Part shown: positions 19,772 through 29,086 of the stretch, piece by piece
Layout: each line of letters begins with the position of its first letter
Position numbering within the stretch: position 1 is the stretch's first letter
From: an uncultured Gammaproteobacteria bacterium
GTDB lineage: Bacteria; Patescibacteriota; Patescibacteriia; SG8-24
Assembly (NCBI GenBank): GCA_964486995.1
Contig: CAZAOV010000007.1
Coordinates: forward strand, 699 to 64,698
Direction of reading: 5' to 3'
DNA: 64,000 bases
The notes under the pieces: model-generated
What the model was told of the DNA's origin: nothing
What the model saw: the letters and a program-made list of their open reading frames with translations, nothing else
Databases searched by the model: none
Program-made: the position numbers and the translations under genes

Positions 19772-22732
19772 ATGTTTGTTCACAGAAATAAAATTTCTGC
19801 ACGTTTCGCTCGTTCCGGCATTTCGGTAATCGAGGTGCTTTTGGCGATAGCGATTTTTGGGGTGTTGGCCGCAAGCCTGATGATTTTGGTATGGGAGCCT
19901 TTGGTGTCTTCGAGCAGTGCGGCTCAGCGCGTGCAGGCCGTATTGTTGGCCGAAGAGGGGTTAGACGCCGCACGCTCGATTCGTAATGCGGACTGGTTGG
20001 CGCTCATTGACGGCGATCACGGAATAGATATTACCGGTGGGACTTGGGTCTTTTCTGGTACCAGCGACACGGACGGAACTTACATTCGGGTGGTCACCGT
20101 TGAGCCGGTTAGCCGAGACGTCTCTGGAGACATAACCGACACGGGCGGCACGCTGGATGCGAGAACAAAAAAAGTGACTTCGACGGTCAGCTGGGATTCG
20201 CCGTTCGGTGGCGATAAGTCGTTGTCATTCTCTACTTTTTTCACTAACTGGAACGTCATTGATTGGACGCAGGAAACTGACACGGACTTTGCCGGCGGCA
20301 TCAATAACGGCACTATCGTTACCGGCTTCGGAGACGCTGCCTATATCGAACTAGGTGCCGGCGGAGGTTCTGGTACATGGGACGTTTGGACCAGCTCATC
20401 CGTCACCCACACCACAGATGGAGATTTTTCGGCCGGAACACCGACCGACGTTACCGTGACCGGTGACGGAATTGAATTGAGTTCCGGCGGAATCGGTTCA
20501 TGGTCGGATTACGGTCTCGGTCCGGTAAGCGGGTCGTTGTACGGCATCGACATGGTTAGTTCATCAGACGGTTGGGTGTGCGGAGCGGGAGGGGCAATGA
20601 TTTCTTGGGACGGCAGCAGTTGGTCTGGATCAGAAAGCGTGGCCGGAACTAACACATATGCCGTTGATATGGTGTCTTCGACCAATGGCCATGCCGCTGG
20701 CGAGTGGAGCCTGCTTTATTCTTACAACGGGTCTTCTTGGTCATACGAGGGTTTTGATGTCCTGCAGAATATTACGGCTATCGGCATGGTCGATGGCAGT
20801 GACGGCTGGGCGGGCAGCAGTGGCGGTCGCGTCTTGCGGTGGGACGGGGCAGATTGGAATTTCTTCACCGATATTGGCGCAGAAGAAGTCGGGGACATTT
20901 ATATGCTTAGCACCAGCGACGGTTGGTTGGTTGCGCAGAACGGGCGAATTGAACGGTGGGACGGCTCCTCTTGGTCCGCATTTACTTCACCTACCTCGTC
21001 CTATCTGCGGGCAATCGACATGATTGATGCCAATGACGGCTGGGTGGTGGGTGATTCAGGCACTATTATTCGTTGGAATGGTTCCAGCTGGTCATCAGTT
21101 TCGTCTCCGACTTCTGATGACCTTTATGGCATATCGGTCGTAGCGTCAGATGACGTGTGGGCAGTGGGCGAAAGCGGCCGCATAATCCACTGGGACGGCT
21201 CTAGTTGGTCGAGTGTTTCTTCACCGACCAGCGAAAATCTTTACGACATTGCCATGGTTTCAAATGCAGACGGCTGGGCCGTTGGAGCCAACGGGACCAT
21301 TTTACGATTCGAACTTTCGTACGCTTCACCGGGCATACTAGAATCATCCGTCATCAATAGCGGTAAAACCGGAACCAGCTGGAGCCAGGTTTCCTGGACC
21401 GAGTCTTTACCTGCCGGAACCGATGTTACGGTGGCGTTTCGTTCTGGTGATACGGCAACACCGGACGGTAGTTGGTCGTCTTGGGGTTCGGAGGTCACGA
21501 ATGAAACCGGCAGCGCCGTCACCTCGTCCAGCTCTCAATATCTGCAATACCGTGTCACCATGACCACCAGTTCAATCGACACTCCGCGACTGGAGGACAT
21601 TACGGTTACGTATGACGAAGTGACCAGTAGCGATTTGTACGGTGTTGGCGGCAGCGCGGTGGATGACGTGTGGACAGTGGGTGAGTCCGGAACCTTATTG
21701 AACTATGACGGTTCGTCCTGGTCCAGCTTCAGTTCGCCGACCGGAAACGACATAAATGCCGTGGACGTACTGGCGTTCAATGACGCTTGGGCGGCGGCGG
21801 ACAGTGAGCAGTTCTTGAATTGGGACGGTTCCGCCTGGACCATAGTCAGCGATATCGGCAGCGGAACACTGAACGATATTGACTTGATTACGTCTTCGTC
21901 CGGTTGGGCAGTCGGTTCGGGCGAGGAATTCTTTGAATATGATGGCTCGTCATGGTCCGAGCTGTTCGATTTGGGCGAAGATACGCCCCAAGCCGTGTTT
22001 ATGCTTTCCGCCGTCGAGGGCTGGGCAGCCGGATCAAGCGAAAAATTTTATCGGTATGATGGTTTGTCATGGGCCGATTTTTCTGATTTGGGCGGCGAAA
22101 CCATTTACGACATTTACATGATTAGTTCGTCCGAGGGCTGGGCAGTCGGTTCGGGCGGCAAGTTTTACCGCTGGAACGGAACCGCCTGGTTCGAGTATGT
22201 GGACGTCGGCGGGGCTACGCTATACGGAGTGATAATGATTTCTGCGGTCGAGGGCTGGGCAGTCGGTTCGGGCGGCGCCCTGTACGAATGGGACGGCAAC
22301 TCATGGTCGTCTGTCGTTTCCGGAGTGACTGAAGATCTATATGACGTGTCCATTGTTTCGACGTCGCCGACGATTGCCTGGGCGGTGGGTGCGAACGGAA
22401 CTCTATTGAGTTTAACTGCCGGAGGTTCAGGAACCAGCGGCACTTACGAATCCAGTATTCTGGATACGGACAGCACCGATTCAATTTGGGAAACCATGTA
22501 TTTCGATGTCGTGCTGCCCAACGATTCCACCGCTACTGTTGCCTTGCGTTCCGGCGATACGCCAACACCGGACGGTAGCTGGGCGTCATGGAGTTCAGAG
22601 ATTTCAGTCACCTCTGGCACAGCGGTTCCGGTTTCCGGCGCTCGGTACCTGCAGTACCGCGTTACTCTAGAGAAAAATACCAGCCCCGATTCCCCGGAAT
22701 TTCACGGCATCACCATTACCTATACGCAATGA
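19772..22732 (+). CDS. Giant pilin-like protein (986 aa): prepilin N-terminus, ~12 beta-propeller-like WDGSSW repeats, and a twice-repeated ~110 aa C-terminal module
   Basis: N-terminus RSG/ISVIEVLLAIAIFGVLAASLMIL. Repeated ...DGWAVG..G.I..WDGSSWS... units of ~50 aa. Duplicated module (L/F)RSGDT.TPDGSW.SW.....G......YLQYRV at aa ~520-640 and ~870-986. Overlaps the next gene (ATGA). Confidence 0.8.
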   Translation: MFVHRNKISARFARSGISVIEVLLAIAIFGVLAASLMILVWEPLVSSSSAAQRVQAVLLAEEGLDAARSIRNADWLALIDGDHGIDITGGTWVFSGTSDTDGTYIRVVTVEPVSRDVSGDITDTGGTLDARTKKVTSTVSWDSPFGGDKSLSFSTFFTNWNVIDWTQETDTDFAGGINNGTIVTGFGDAAYIELGAGGGSGTWDVWTSSSVTHTTDGDFSAGTPTDVTVTGDGIELSSGGIGSWSDYGLGPVSGSLYGIDMVSSSDGWVCGAGGAMISWDGSSWSGSESVAGTNTYAVDMVSSTNGHAAGEWSLLYSYNGSSWSYEGFDVLQNITAIGMVDGSDGWAGSSGGRVLRWDGADWNFFTDIGAEEVGDIYMLSTSDGWLVAQNGRIERWDGSSWSAFTSPTSSYLRAIDMIDANDGWVVGDSGTIIRWNGSSWSSVSSPTSDDLYGISVVASDDVWAVGESGRIIHWDGSSWSSVSSPTSENLYDIAMVSNADGWAVGANGTILRFELSYASPGILESSVINSGKTGTSWSQVSWTESLPAGTDVTVAFRSGDTATPDGSWSSWGSEVTNETGSAVTSSSSQYLQYRVTMTTSSIDTPRLEDITVTYDEVTSSDLYGVGGSAVDDVWTVGESGTLLNYDGSSWSSFSSPTGNDINAVDVLAFNDAWAAADSEQFLNWDGSAWTIVSDIGSGTLNDIDLITSSSGWAVGSGEEFFEYDGSSWSELFDLGEDTPQAVFMLSAVEGWAAGSSEKFYRYDGLSWADFSDLGGETIYDIYMISSSEGWAVGSGGKFYRWNGTAWFEYVDVGGATLYGVIMISAVEGWAVGSGGALYEWDGNSWSSVVSGVTEDLYDVSIVSTSPTIAWAVGANGTLLSLTAGGSGTSGTYESSILDTDSTDSIWETMYFDVVLPNDSTATVALRSGDTPTPDGSWASWSSEISVTSGTAVPVSGARYLQYRVTLEKNTSPDSPEFHGITITYTQ

Positions 22733-25700
22733 AGCGAGCCAAACAAAATAATAATCGCGGTATCGCCTTGCTGGAATTGATTATCTATCTGGGTCTGCTT
22801 GGCTTTGTACTTTCGGCAATGGTCATGTTTTCGGTCGAGTTTGCGGCCACCCACGCCAAGTCCGCGGCACTGGCCGAATCGGCGCGCAATACCAAGTTTG
22901 CAGTGACGAGAATCGCGTATGAGGTGCGTCGGGCCGAGTCCATCGACTACGACAACTCAACTCTCGATACCAGTCCGTCTGTCCTGACGCTTGAAACTTC
23001 CAATCCGTCCACCAATCCAACCGTTATTTCAGTGGTCGAAAATCAGCTGATGATGAGTCAGGGTGGGGGAGCGGATATTCCGCTCACGCCATCGCAAGTC
23101 GAGGTGGAGGATTTTACGATTATAAACGTGGCCGACACGACTCGCAGTCGGTCGATTCGGGTTGCGCTCACGTTGGGTATTGTCGAGTCGGGCAGCTTGG
23201 AAGAGTTTTCGGGAGTAACTTCCTACATGACTACGGTGCGGGTTTGGAAAGACGATGGCTATAACACCGAGGGCACACCACCGACTCCGACACCGACCTA
23301 TGGCCAGTCGGCATATCGCTTCTTTGCCAACGACGATTCCACTGATGTCGGCGCTCCGTTGGCGGCTCAAGATTCAGCCGCCGCACTTTCTTCCGATGGC
23401 AATCCGTTCCGTTTGCGTATGATGGTGGATGTTGATACCGCAACGGTGGCGACCAGCGCAGCCTCGTTCAAGCTGCAATTCGCGGAGAAGTCTGGCGCTT
23501 GCGATACCTATTTTGTTGGCGAGTCCTACGAAGACGTAACCGCGATTTCCGATATCGCCTATAACGACAACTCTCCCTCAGATGGCGTGGCGCTAAATGC
23601 CAACGCTAATGATCCGGTGCGAGCCGGCCGAACGTCCGTTGCGCAAACGTATGAGGAAGCCAATAATCTGACCAACTCGAATCAGATTTTGGCTGGTCAG
23701 ACCGGATTATGGGACTTTGCGCTAATTGACAACGACGGCACGGACGAAAAAGAATATTGTTTCCGTTTGGTGCACTCCAGCGATTCTCAGCTTAATGACT
23801 ATTCGGTCGTGCCGGAAATTTCCACGGCCGCTGGTTCCACCACCGATGTTTTCCGCGTCACCGAATATTACATTACCGCCGGAGAGTTTAGCGGGGACAC
23901 CTATGACCTTACGCTGGACCAGGCTTTGGCTTCCAACTATTTTACGATTATTCGCGGCAGCGACGGTAGCGGCACGGGCGGCGGCAATCGTGGCCCTGAT
24001 GAAAATTATGTTTCTTTGACCGCTGACCCGTTCGGAACGGGGGAACTGGTACCGTCTTCCGGTTCGGATGTACTGCAACTCACTCGCCATAATTCGGTTG
24101 ACGGTTGGCAGGGAGTGGTAACGGTAGCGGAGTGCCTAGGCAACTGTTCGACTTCCGGATTTGAATTACTGGACGTGCGTCGCGTGGTACATTCCGGCAC
24201 CTCTACCGGCGGCACAGAGACAGCAGGAGCCAGCTGGTCAGATATTGATCAAGTTATGCTGCTTGGCGGCTACAATGGCGCGGGCTGTGACAGTATCGAG
24301 ACCGATTCAGGCAGCCATCACAGCTGTCACGTTCGTCTTTGGCCGTCAGGCAGCAACCAAATATTTTGGACCAGAAATAGTTTGGGCGGTTTGATGACCG
24401 CAACTTCTACGGTACAGGTGCTGGAGTGGGGGAGCGACTGGACGGTGCAAAGACGCACGGTGACCGGAAGCTCCGGCGGCGACGGTGCCGATCAGTTGAC
24501 CGAGTATGATCGTACGGCCATCAGTTCGGTAAATCGTGACGCCACTTGGGTGTGGGGCACTGGGCATACGAGCGAAAGCGGAACTGGTGACAGCGCCGAA
24601 GCGTCGCTGATTACATTGGGTGACGGAGTTAACCTGAACTCGTCCGAATCTTGGGTGTCCGTCGGTCAAGAGGTCGATTGGGCAAACAAAGAATTCGAGG
24701 TGTATGCGCTGACTCATCCGAGCTTGATGGTTGATTACCGCTTCAAGCCGGACGGAAACGAGAGTGACCTGACCTATGATCAGGCGGTTAATTCGGCTAC
24801 GGCCGGCCTGCGGATGTCAGTGGCTTACAACGGGTCTGACGGTTCCGGCTCGCAGTACCCGCGGCCCATCTTCTCGACTCGGTATGCTTCCGATACATCT
24901 GTTCGTATGGAGCGCCGGCGTGTCGGCGCAGAATTCCCAGCTTGGATTCAGGGTATAGACTTTTCCAATATTATGGCTGGAGGTGGTCCGCCACCGAGTG
25001 CCACGTTGACTCAGTCGGCCTATCGTATATTCGATAACGACGATTCTACCGATGTGGGTGCACCCTTGGCAGCGCAAGATACAGCCGCCACCCTAACCGC
25101 AAATGAAAGTGAGTTTAGGCTTCGCTATTTGCTGGGTATCGACACGTTCGGGCTATCGATGTCAGGGGAGAGCCTTAAACTTCAGTACGCCACCAAGTCG
25201 GGTACGTGCGATACCGCATTTGCGGATGAAAGTTATGCTGACGTGACTGGCGCCACAGCCATTGCCTTCGCCGATAACTCGCCGTCCGATGGTGTCGCGC
25301 TGACCGAAAACGCGAACGACCCGGTGAGCGGTGGCCGAACAACGATCGCTCAAACATATGAAGAGAATAATAATCACACTAACACGACGGCTATCGCCAA
25401 CGGTGAGGCCGGGTTGTGGGATTTCGCCCTGGTTGACAACGACGGATTAAACGCCGCCGACTATTGTCTGCGTGTGGTGCGTTCTGACGGCAGTCTGCTC
25501 GACACCTATTCGGTTATCCCAGAAGTCTCAACGGTCTCCGGATGCGGAGTGATTTTTAGCGACGATTTCGAAGACGGCGATGCTTCTGACTGGGTACATA
25601 CTTGGGATAGCGGTGTCGATTGGAACGTGGTTGATGTCGGCGGAAACAATGTCTATGAAAACACCAGCTCAACCTACTCGCAGACCCAAGCCCCTTCATT

Positions 25701-28395
25701 TGGCGATGATGATTACGTTTATACGGGGCAGTTTACGATCAGCAATTATGGTATCCACGGATTTATTTTCCGTTATCAGGATGACAGTAATTTTTGGCGT
25801 CTAGTGTTTGAGTTTGGTCAGGTTCTGATTCGCGGTCAGGTGGGTGGGTCCTGGACAAATGCGGCCGGGCAGTCGGTAATCAATTGGTCTCCGACCGTCG
25901 GCACGACGTATAACATCAAGGTCAAAGCTGAAGGCAGTCAACTGGACGGAAAGTGGTGGGAAGACGGGACCGCCGAACCGGGTTCGTGGATGATTTCTGC
26001 CAATGACAGTCAGATATTGACTGGCTATGCGGGCGTGAGCAATCGTGACGGCACGCAGTTCGATAGTCTGTCCGTCACTACCTGCCTGACCGATCCGGTG
26101 ACTGGGTCGGTCACCGTAATTGACCCGAACGGCAATGATTCACTTATTGCTGGTTCGAACTATGAAATCCTGTGGAGCTCGTCGGACACTTCTGGCAATG
26201 TCGATATTGAATATTCGACCGACAATTTCGTTGCCGACATTAATTCGATTGCCAACAGCACGGCAGATGACGGAAGCTACTTTTGGACCGTTCCAAGCCT
26301 GGACAGTTCAACGGTGCGCGTGCGCATCAGCGACTCGGCCGATGCTGGCGTGACCGACACAAGCGACGCGGACTTCGAGATTTCCATGCCGCCGAGCGTC
26401 ACCGTAACCGACCCGAACGGCGGCGAGTCGCTCACTTCCGGTGACAGTTTTAATATCACCTGGATATCCATTAATTCCTCCGGATTCGTAGATATCGAGT
26501 ATTCAACCGACAATTTTGTTACCGATATAAATACGATAGTTGCCGGAACAGCCGATGACGGAATCCATGCCTGGAACGTGCCTGCTCTGGACAGTTCCAC
26601 CGTGCGCGTGCGCGTAACCGATGCGTTCTACGCCGGAATTGCAGATACGAGCGACGCGGACTTCAGCATCGCCACGCCGAGCACTGTCACGGTGACCGAC
26701 CCGAACGGCGGCGAGTCGCTCACTTCCGGTGACAGCTTTAATACCACCTGGACCTCCAACAACACCTCGGGCACGGTTGATATCGAATACTCCACCGACA
26801 ACTTTGTGTCCGATATCAATTCGATAGTTGTCGGAACCCTCGATGACGGTCTTTATGGCTGGACCGTTCCGAGTTTGGACAGCTCGACCGTACGCGTACG
26901 CGTTACCGACTCGGCCGATCCCGGCGTGACCGACACCAGCGACGCGGACTTCAGCATCGCCACGCCGAGCACTGTCACCGTGACCGACCCGAACGGCGGC
27001 GAGTCGTTAAACTCACAAGATTCATTCGACGTTACCTGGACCTCCAACAACACCTCGGGCACGGTTGATATCGAATACTCCACCGACAACTTTGTGTCCG
27101 ATATCAATTCGATAGTTGTCGGAACCCTCGATGACGGTCTTTATGGCTGGACCGTTCCGAGTTTGGACAGCTCGACCGTACGCGTACGCGTTACCGACTC
27201 GGCCGATCCCGGCGTGACCGACACCAGCGACGCGGACTTCAGCATCTCTACACAACCTACGTTCCGGGTAACCGAATACTACGTCACCAACAGTCAATTC
27301 AATCAGCAATCATACACCCTAACGCTCGACCAGGACTTAGAATCAAATTATTTTGTTATCGTCCGCGGCAGTGACGGTGACGGCAGCGGCAATGGCCATC
27401 GTGGTCCGGACGAGAACTACGCGGCATTGGCGGCTGACCCGTTTGGTACCGGTGATTTGAGCGATTCCGGTGCGTCAAACCAGATTGATCTTACCAGGCG
27501 GGGTGACACAGATGGCTGGCAGGGGGTAGTCACCGTAGTTGAATGCTTGGGCGACTGCGACTCGTCTGGCTTCGAACTGATTGGAGTCGAAGAGGTTACA
27601 CATTCTGGCAGTAGTACCGGCGGACAAGATACGTCCTCAGTTTCCTGGACCGACATCAATCAAATCATGCTGGTCGGCGGATTTTATGGCGCTGGCTGCA
27701 ACACCGATGAAAGCGACCATGTAGATCATGTCAGTTGCTTCGCCAAGATTTGGCCGGGCGGAACCAATGAAATTAATTGGTCCAGAGATGTCGGCGGCAA
27801 TAGTTCCCTGAGCACGGCCACCAGCACGGTCATGGTCATGGAGTGGGGGAGCGAATGGAACGTCCAGCGAGTTGATGTTGTCGGCAATAACGGCGGCAAC
27901 GGCGCGGACAGCACCGGCGAATACGACACGGCCAGCATCTCACCGGTGGCTCGGGTCAACACCTGGGTTTGGGGAACCGGTCACGTGGACGATGACGGTA
28001 TCGGCGATTCGGCCGAGGGGTCATTGGTTACGCTGGGCAACGGCGTGAACCAAAACGCCACCGAGTCGCAAGTAGCCGTAGGCAGTGAATACGGTGACGA
28101 CAAGGACTATGTGGTATATGCGCTAACGCACCCAGGCCTAGCGGTAGATTATTTCTTCAAGACCGACGGTCAAAGAGGCGATTTAACCAATGACGCGTCG
28201 GTTGATTCGGCGCCGGCCGGCAGTCGTATGGCGTTGGCCTATAACGGCTGTAACGGCACGGGACATGCTTATCCGAGGCCGATATTCTCGGCGCGATATT
28301 TATCGGACACGTTTATCCGCATGGAGCGGCTTCGGTCCGGTCAGGCATTTCCAGCTTGGATTCAGGGCATCGACTTTAGCGAGATAAAACATTAG
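22729..28395 (+). CDS. Giant pilin-like protein (~1888 aa): prepilin N-terminus; domains A-B, then A', a LamG/ConA-like domain, 4 tandem ~96 aa Ig-like repeats, and B'
   Basis: Start MKRAKQNNNRG/IALLELIIYLGLLGFV (class III signal). ORF track begins further upstream at 22588 inside the previous gene. Internal duplication of a ~190 aa domain (YRFFANDDSTDVGAPLAAQD... x2) and a ~370 aa domain (FRVTEYY...AWIQGIDFS x2). WRLVFEFGQVLIRG region consistent with a LamG-like fold. Confidence 0.8.
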   Translation: MKRAKQNNNRGIALLELIIYLGLLGFVLSAMVMFSVEFAATHAKSAALAESARNTKFAVTRIAYEVRRAESIDYDNSTLDTSPSVLTLETSNPSTNPTVISVVENQLMMSQGGGADIPLTPSQVEVEDFTIINVADTTRSRSIRVALTLGIVESGSLEEFSGVTSYMTTVRVWKDDGYNTEGTPPTPTPTYGQSAYRFFANDDSTDVGAPLAAQDSAAALSSDGNPFRLRMMVDVDTATVATSAASFKLQFAEKSGACDTYFVGESYEDVTAISDIAYNDNSPSDGVALNANANDPVRAGRTSVAQTYEEANNLTNSNQILAGQTGLWDFALIDNDGTDEKEYCFRLVHSSDSQLNDYSVVPEISTAAGSTTDVFRVTEYYITAGEFSGDTYDLTLDQALASNYFTIIRGSDGSGTGGGNRGPDENYVSLTADPFGTGELVPSSGSDVLQLTRHNSVDGWQGVVTVAECLGNCSTSGFELLDVRRVVHSGTSTGGTETAGASWSDIDQVMLLGGYNGAGCDSIETDSGSHHSCHVRLWPSGSNQIFWTRNSLGGLMTATSTVQVLEWGSDWTVQRRTVTGSSGGDGADQLTEYDRTAISSVNRDATWVWGTGHTSESGTGDSAEASLITLGDGVNLNSSESWVSVGQEVDWANKEFEVYALTHPSLMVDYRFKPDGNESDLTYDQAVNSATAGLRMSVAYNGSDGSGSQYPRPIFSTRYASDTSVRMERRRVGAEFPAWIQGIDFSNIMAGGGPPPSATLTQSAYRIFDNDDSTDVGAPLAAQDTAATLTANESEFRLRYLLGIDTFGLSMSGESLKLQYATKSGTCDTAFADESYADVTGATAIAFADNSPSDGVALTENANDPVSGGRTTIAQTYEENNNHTNTTAIANGEAGLWDFALVDNDGLNAADYCLRVVRSDGSLLDTYSVIPEVSTVSGCGVIFSDDFEDGDASDWVHTWDSGVDWNVVDVGGNNVYENTSSTYSQTQAPSFGDDDYVYTGQFTISNYGIHGFIFRYQDDSNFWRLVFEFGQVLIRGQVGGSWTNAAGQSVINWSPTVGTTYNIKVKAEGSQLDGKWWEDGTAEPGSWMISANDSQILTGYAGVSNRDGTQFDSLSVTTCLTDPVTGSVTVIDPNGNDSLIAGSNYEILWSSSDTSGNVDIEYSTDNFVADINSIANSTADDGSYFWTVPSLDSSTVRVRISDSADAGVTDTSDADFEISMPPSVTVTDPNGGESLTSGDSFNITWISINSSGFVDIEYSTDNFVTDINTIVAGTADDGIHAWNVPALDSSTVRVRVTDAFYAGIADTSDADFSIATPSTVTVTDPNGGESLTSGDSFNTTWTSNNTSGTVDIEYSTDNFVSDINSIVVGTLDDGLYGWTVPSLDSSTVRVRVTDSADPGVTDTSDADFSIATPSTVTVTDPNGGESLNSQDSFDVTWTSNNTSGTVDIEYSTDNFVSDINSIVVGTLDDGLYGWTVPSLDSSTVRVRVTDSADPGVTDTSDADFSISTQPTFRVTEYYVTNSQFNQQSYTLTLDQDLESNYFVIVRGSDGDGSGNGHRGPDENYAALAADPFGTGDLSDSGASNQIDLTRRGDTDGWQGVVTVVECLGDCDSSGFELIGVEEVTHSGSSTGGQDTSSVSWTDINQIMLVGGFYGAGCNTDESDHVDHVSCFAKIWPGGTNEINWSRDVGGNSSLSTATSTVMVMEWGSEWNVQRVDVVGNNGGNGADSTGEYDTASISPVARVNTWVWGTGHVDDDGIGDSAEGSLVTLGNGVNQNATESQVAVGSEYGDDKDYVVYALTHPGLAVDYFFKTDGQRGDLTNDASVDSAPAGSRMALAYNGCNGTGHAYPRPIFSARYLSDTFIRMERLRSGQAFPAWIQGIDFSEIKH
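26746..27240 (+). repeat. Near-identical ~288 bp tandem repeat inside the giant pilin (Ig-like repeats 3 and 4), ~210 bp of perfect nucleotide identity
   Basis: acctggacctccaacaacacctcgggcacggttgatatcgaatactccaccgac...gacttcagcatc occurs twice, 288 bp apart. Repeats 1-2 (26390..26690) are more diverged. Confidence 0.8.
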
Positions 28396-28397
28396 AT

Positions 28398-28820
28398 ATG
28401 ATAATTATCAAACCAGCGCAAAATACTGATAGGGGAGCCGTCGCTTTGATTACGGTAATTGTTTTAGGCTCGTTACTGCTTATACTCGGTCTGTCCGCTT
28501 CTTACGTTGGGCAGACAGAAATAATTATCGCCGGCCAGATGGACCGGGGTCAGCATGCTCGCACTCTAGCCGCTACATGTATTGAGGAAGCGCTGCATCG
28601 TCTCAAACTAGATGATGCATATGCAGGAGGAACGATTGATATTGATTCCGATTCTTGCGCAGTTACGATTATCGGCGCCGGTTCATCACGTACTATCACC
28701 AGCACGGCCATCTCGGGGGATTTTACCAAGAACATCGAAGTCATCGCTTCCCTAAGGCAAAATGCCGATACCGATGCCTCGGCATGGAACATAGATTCGT
28801 GGACTGAGTTAGACCCGTAA
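28398..28820 (+). CDS. PilX-N-like minor pilin
   Basis: N-terminus ...TDRGAVALITVIVLGSLLLILGLSASY resembles the PilX_N family (RGxALxxxLLLLxxLxxLG); 140 aa. Confidence 0.55.
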   Translation: MIIIKPAQNTDRGAVALITVIVLGSLLLILGLSASYVGQTEIIIAGQMDRGQHARTLAATCIEEALHRLKLDDAYAGGTIDIDSDSCAVTIIGAGSSRTITSTAISGDFTKNIEVIASLRQNADTDASAWNIDSWTELDP

Positions 28821-29086
28821 ATAGAAGATAAAAATGTCGTTTATCTCCCAAATCACCTGAGAGGCACAGAAGCGCAAAATAAAGACATTATAAAGCAGAG
28901 GGATGGTGGGGCGCGAGTTCACACACATAAGCTCTATCGCCTCTTTGCCCTCTGACCCTCAGGCTATTTTTTGCCAAGCTAAGCTATTACCGGTATCTAC
29001 ATACACACAGTTTATTTTAAATATGTTACTATAGTAGTGGCGAGCTATTTGATGCCAGTTTTTGGCACATAACGCCTTCATATTTT

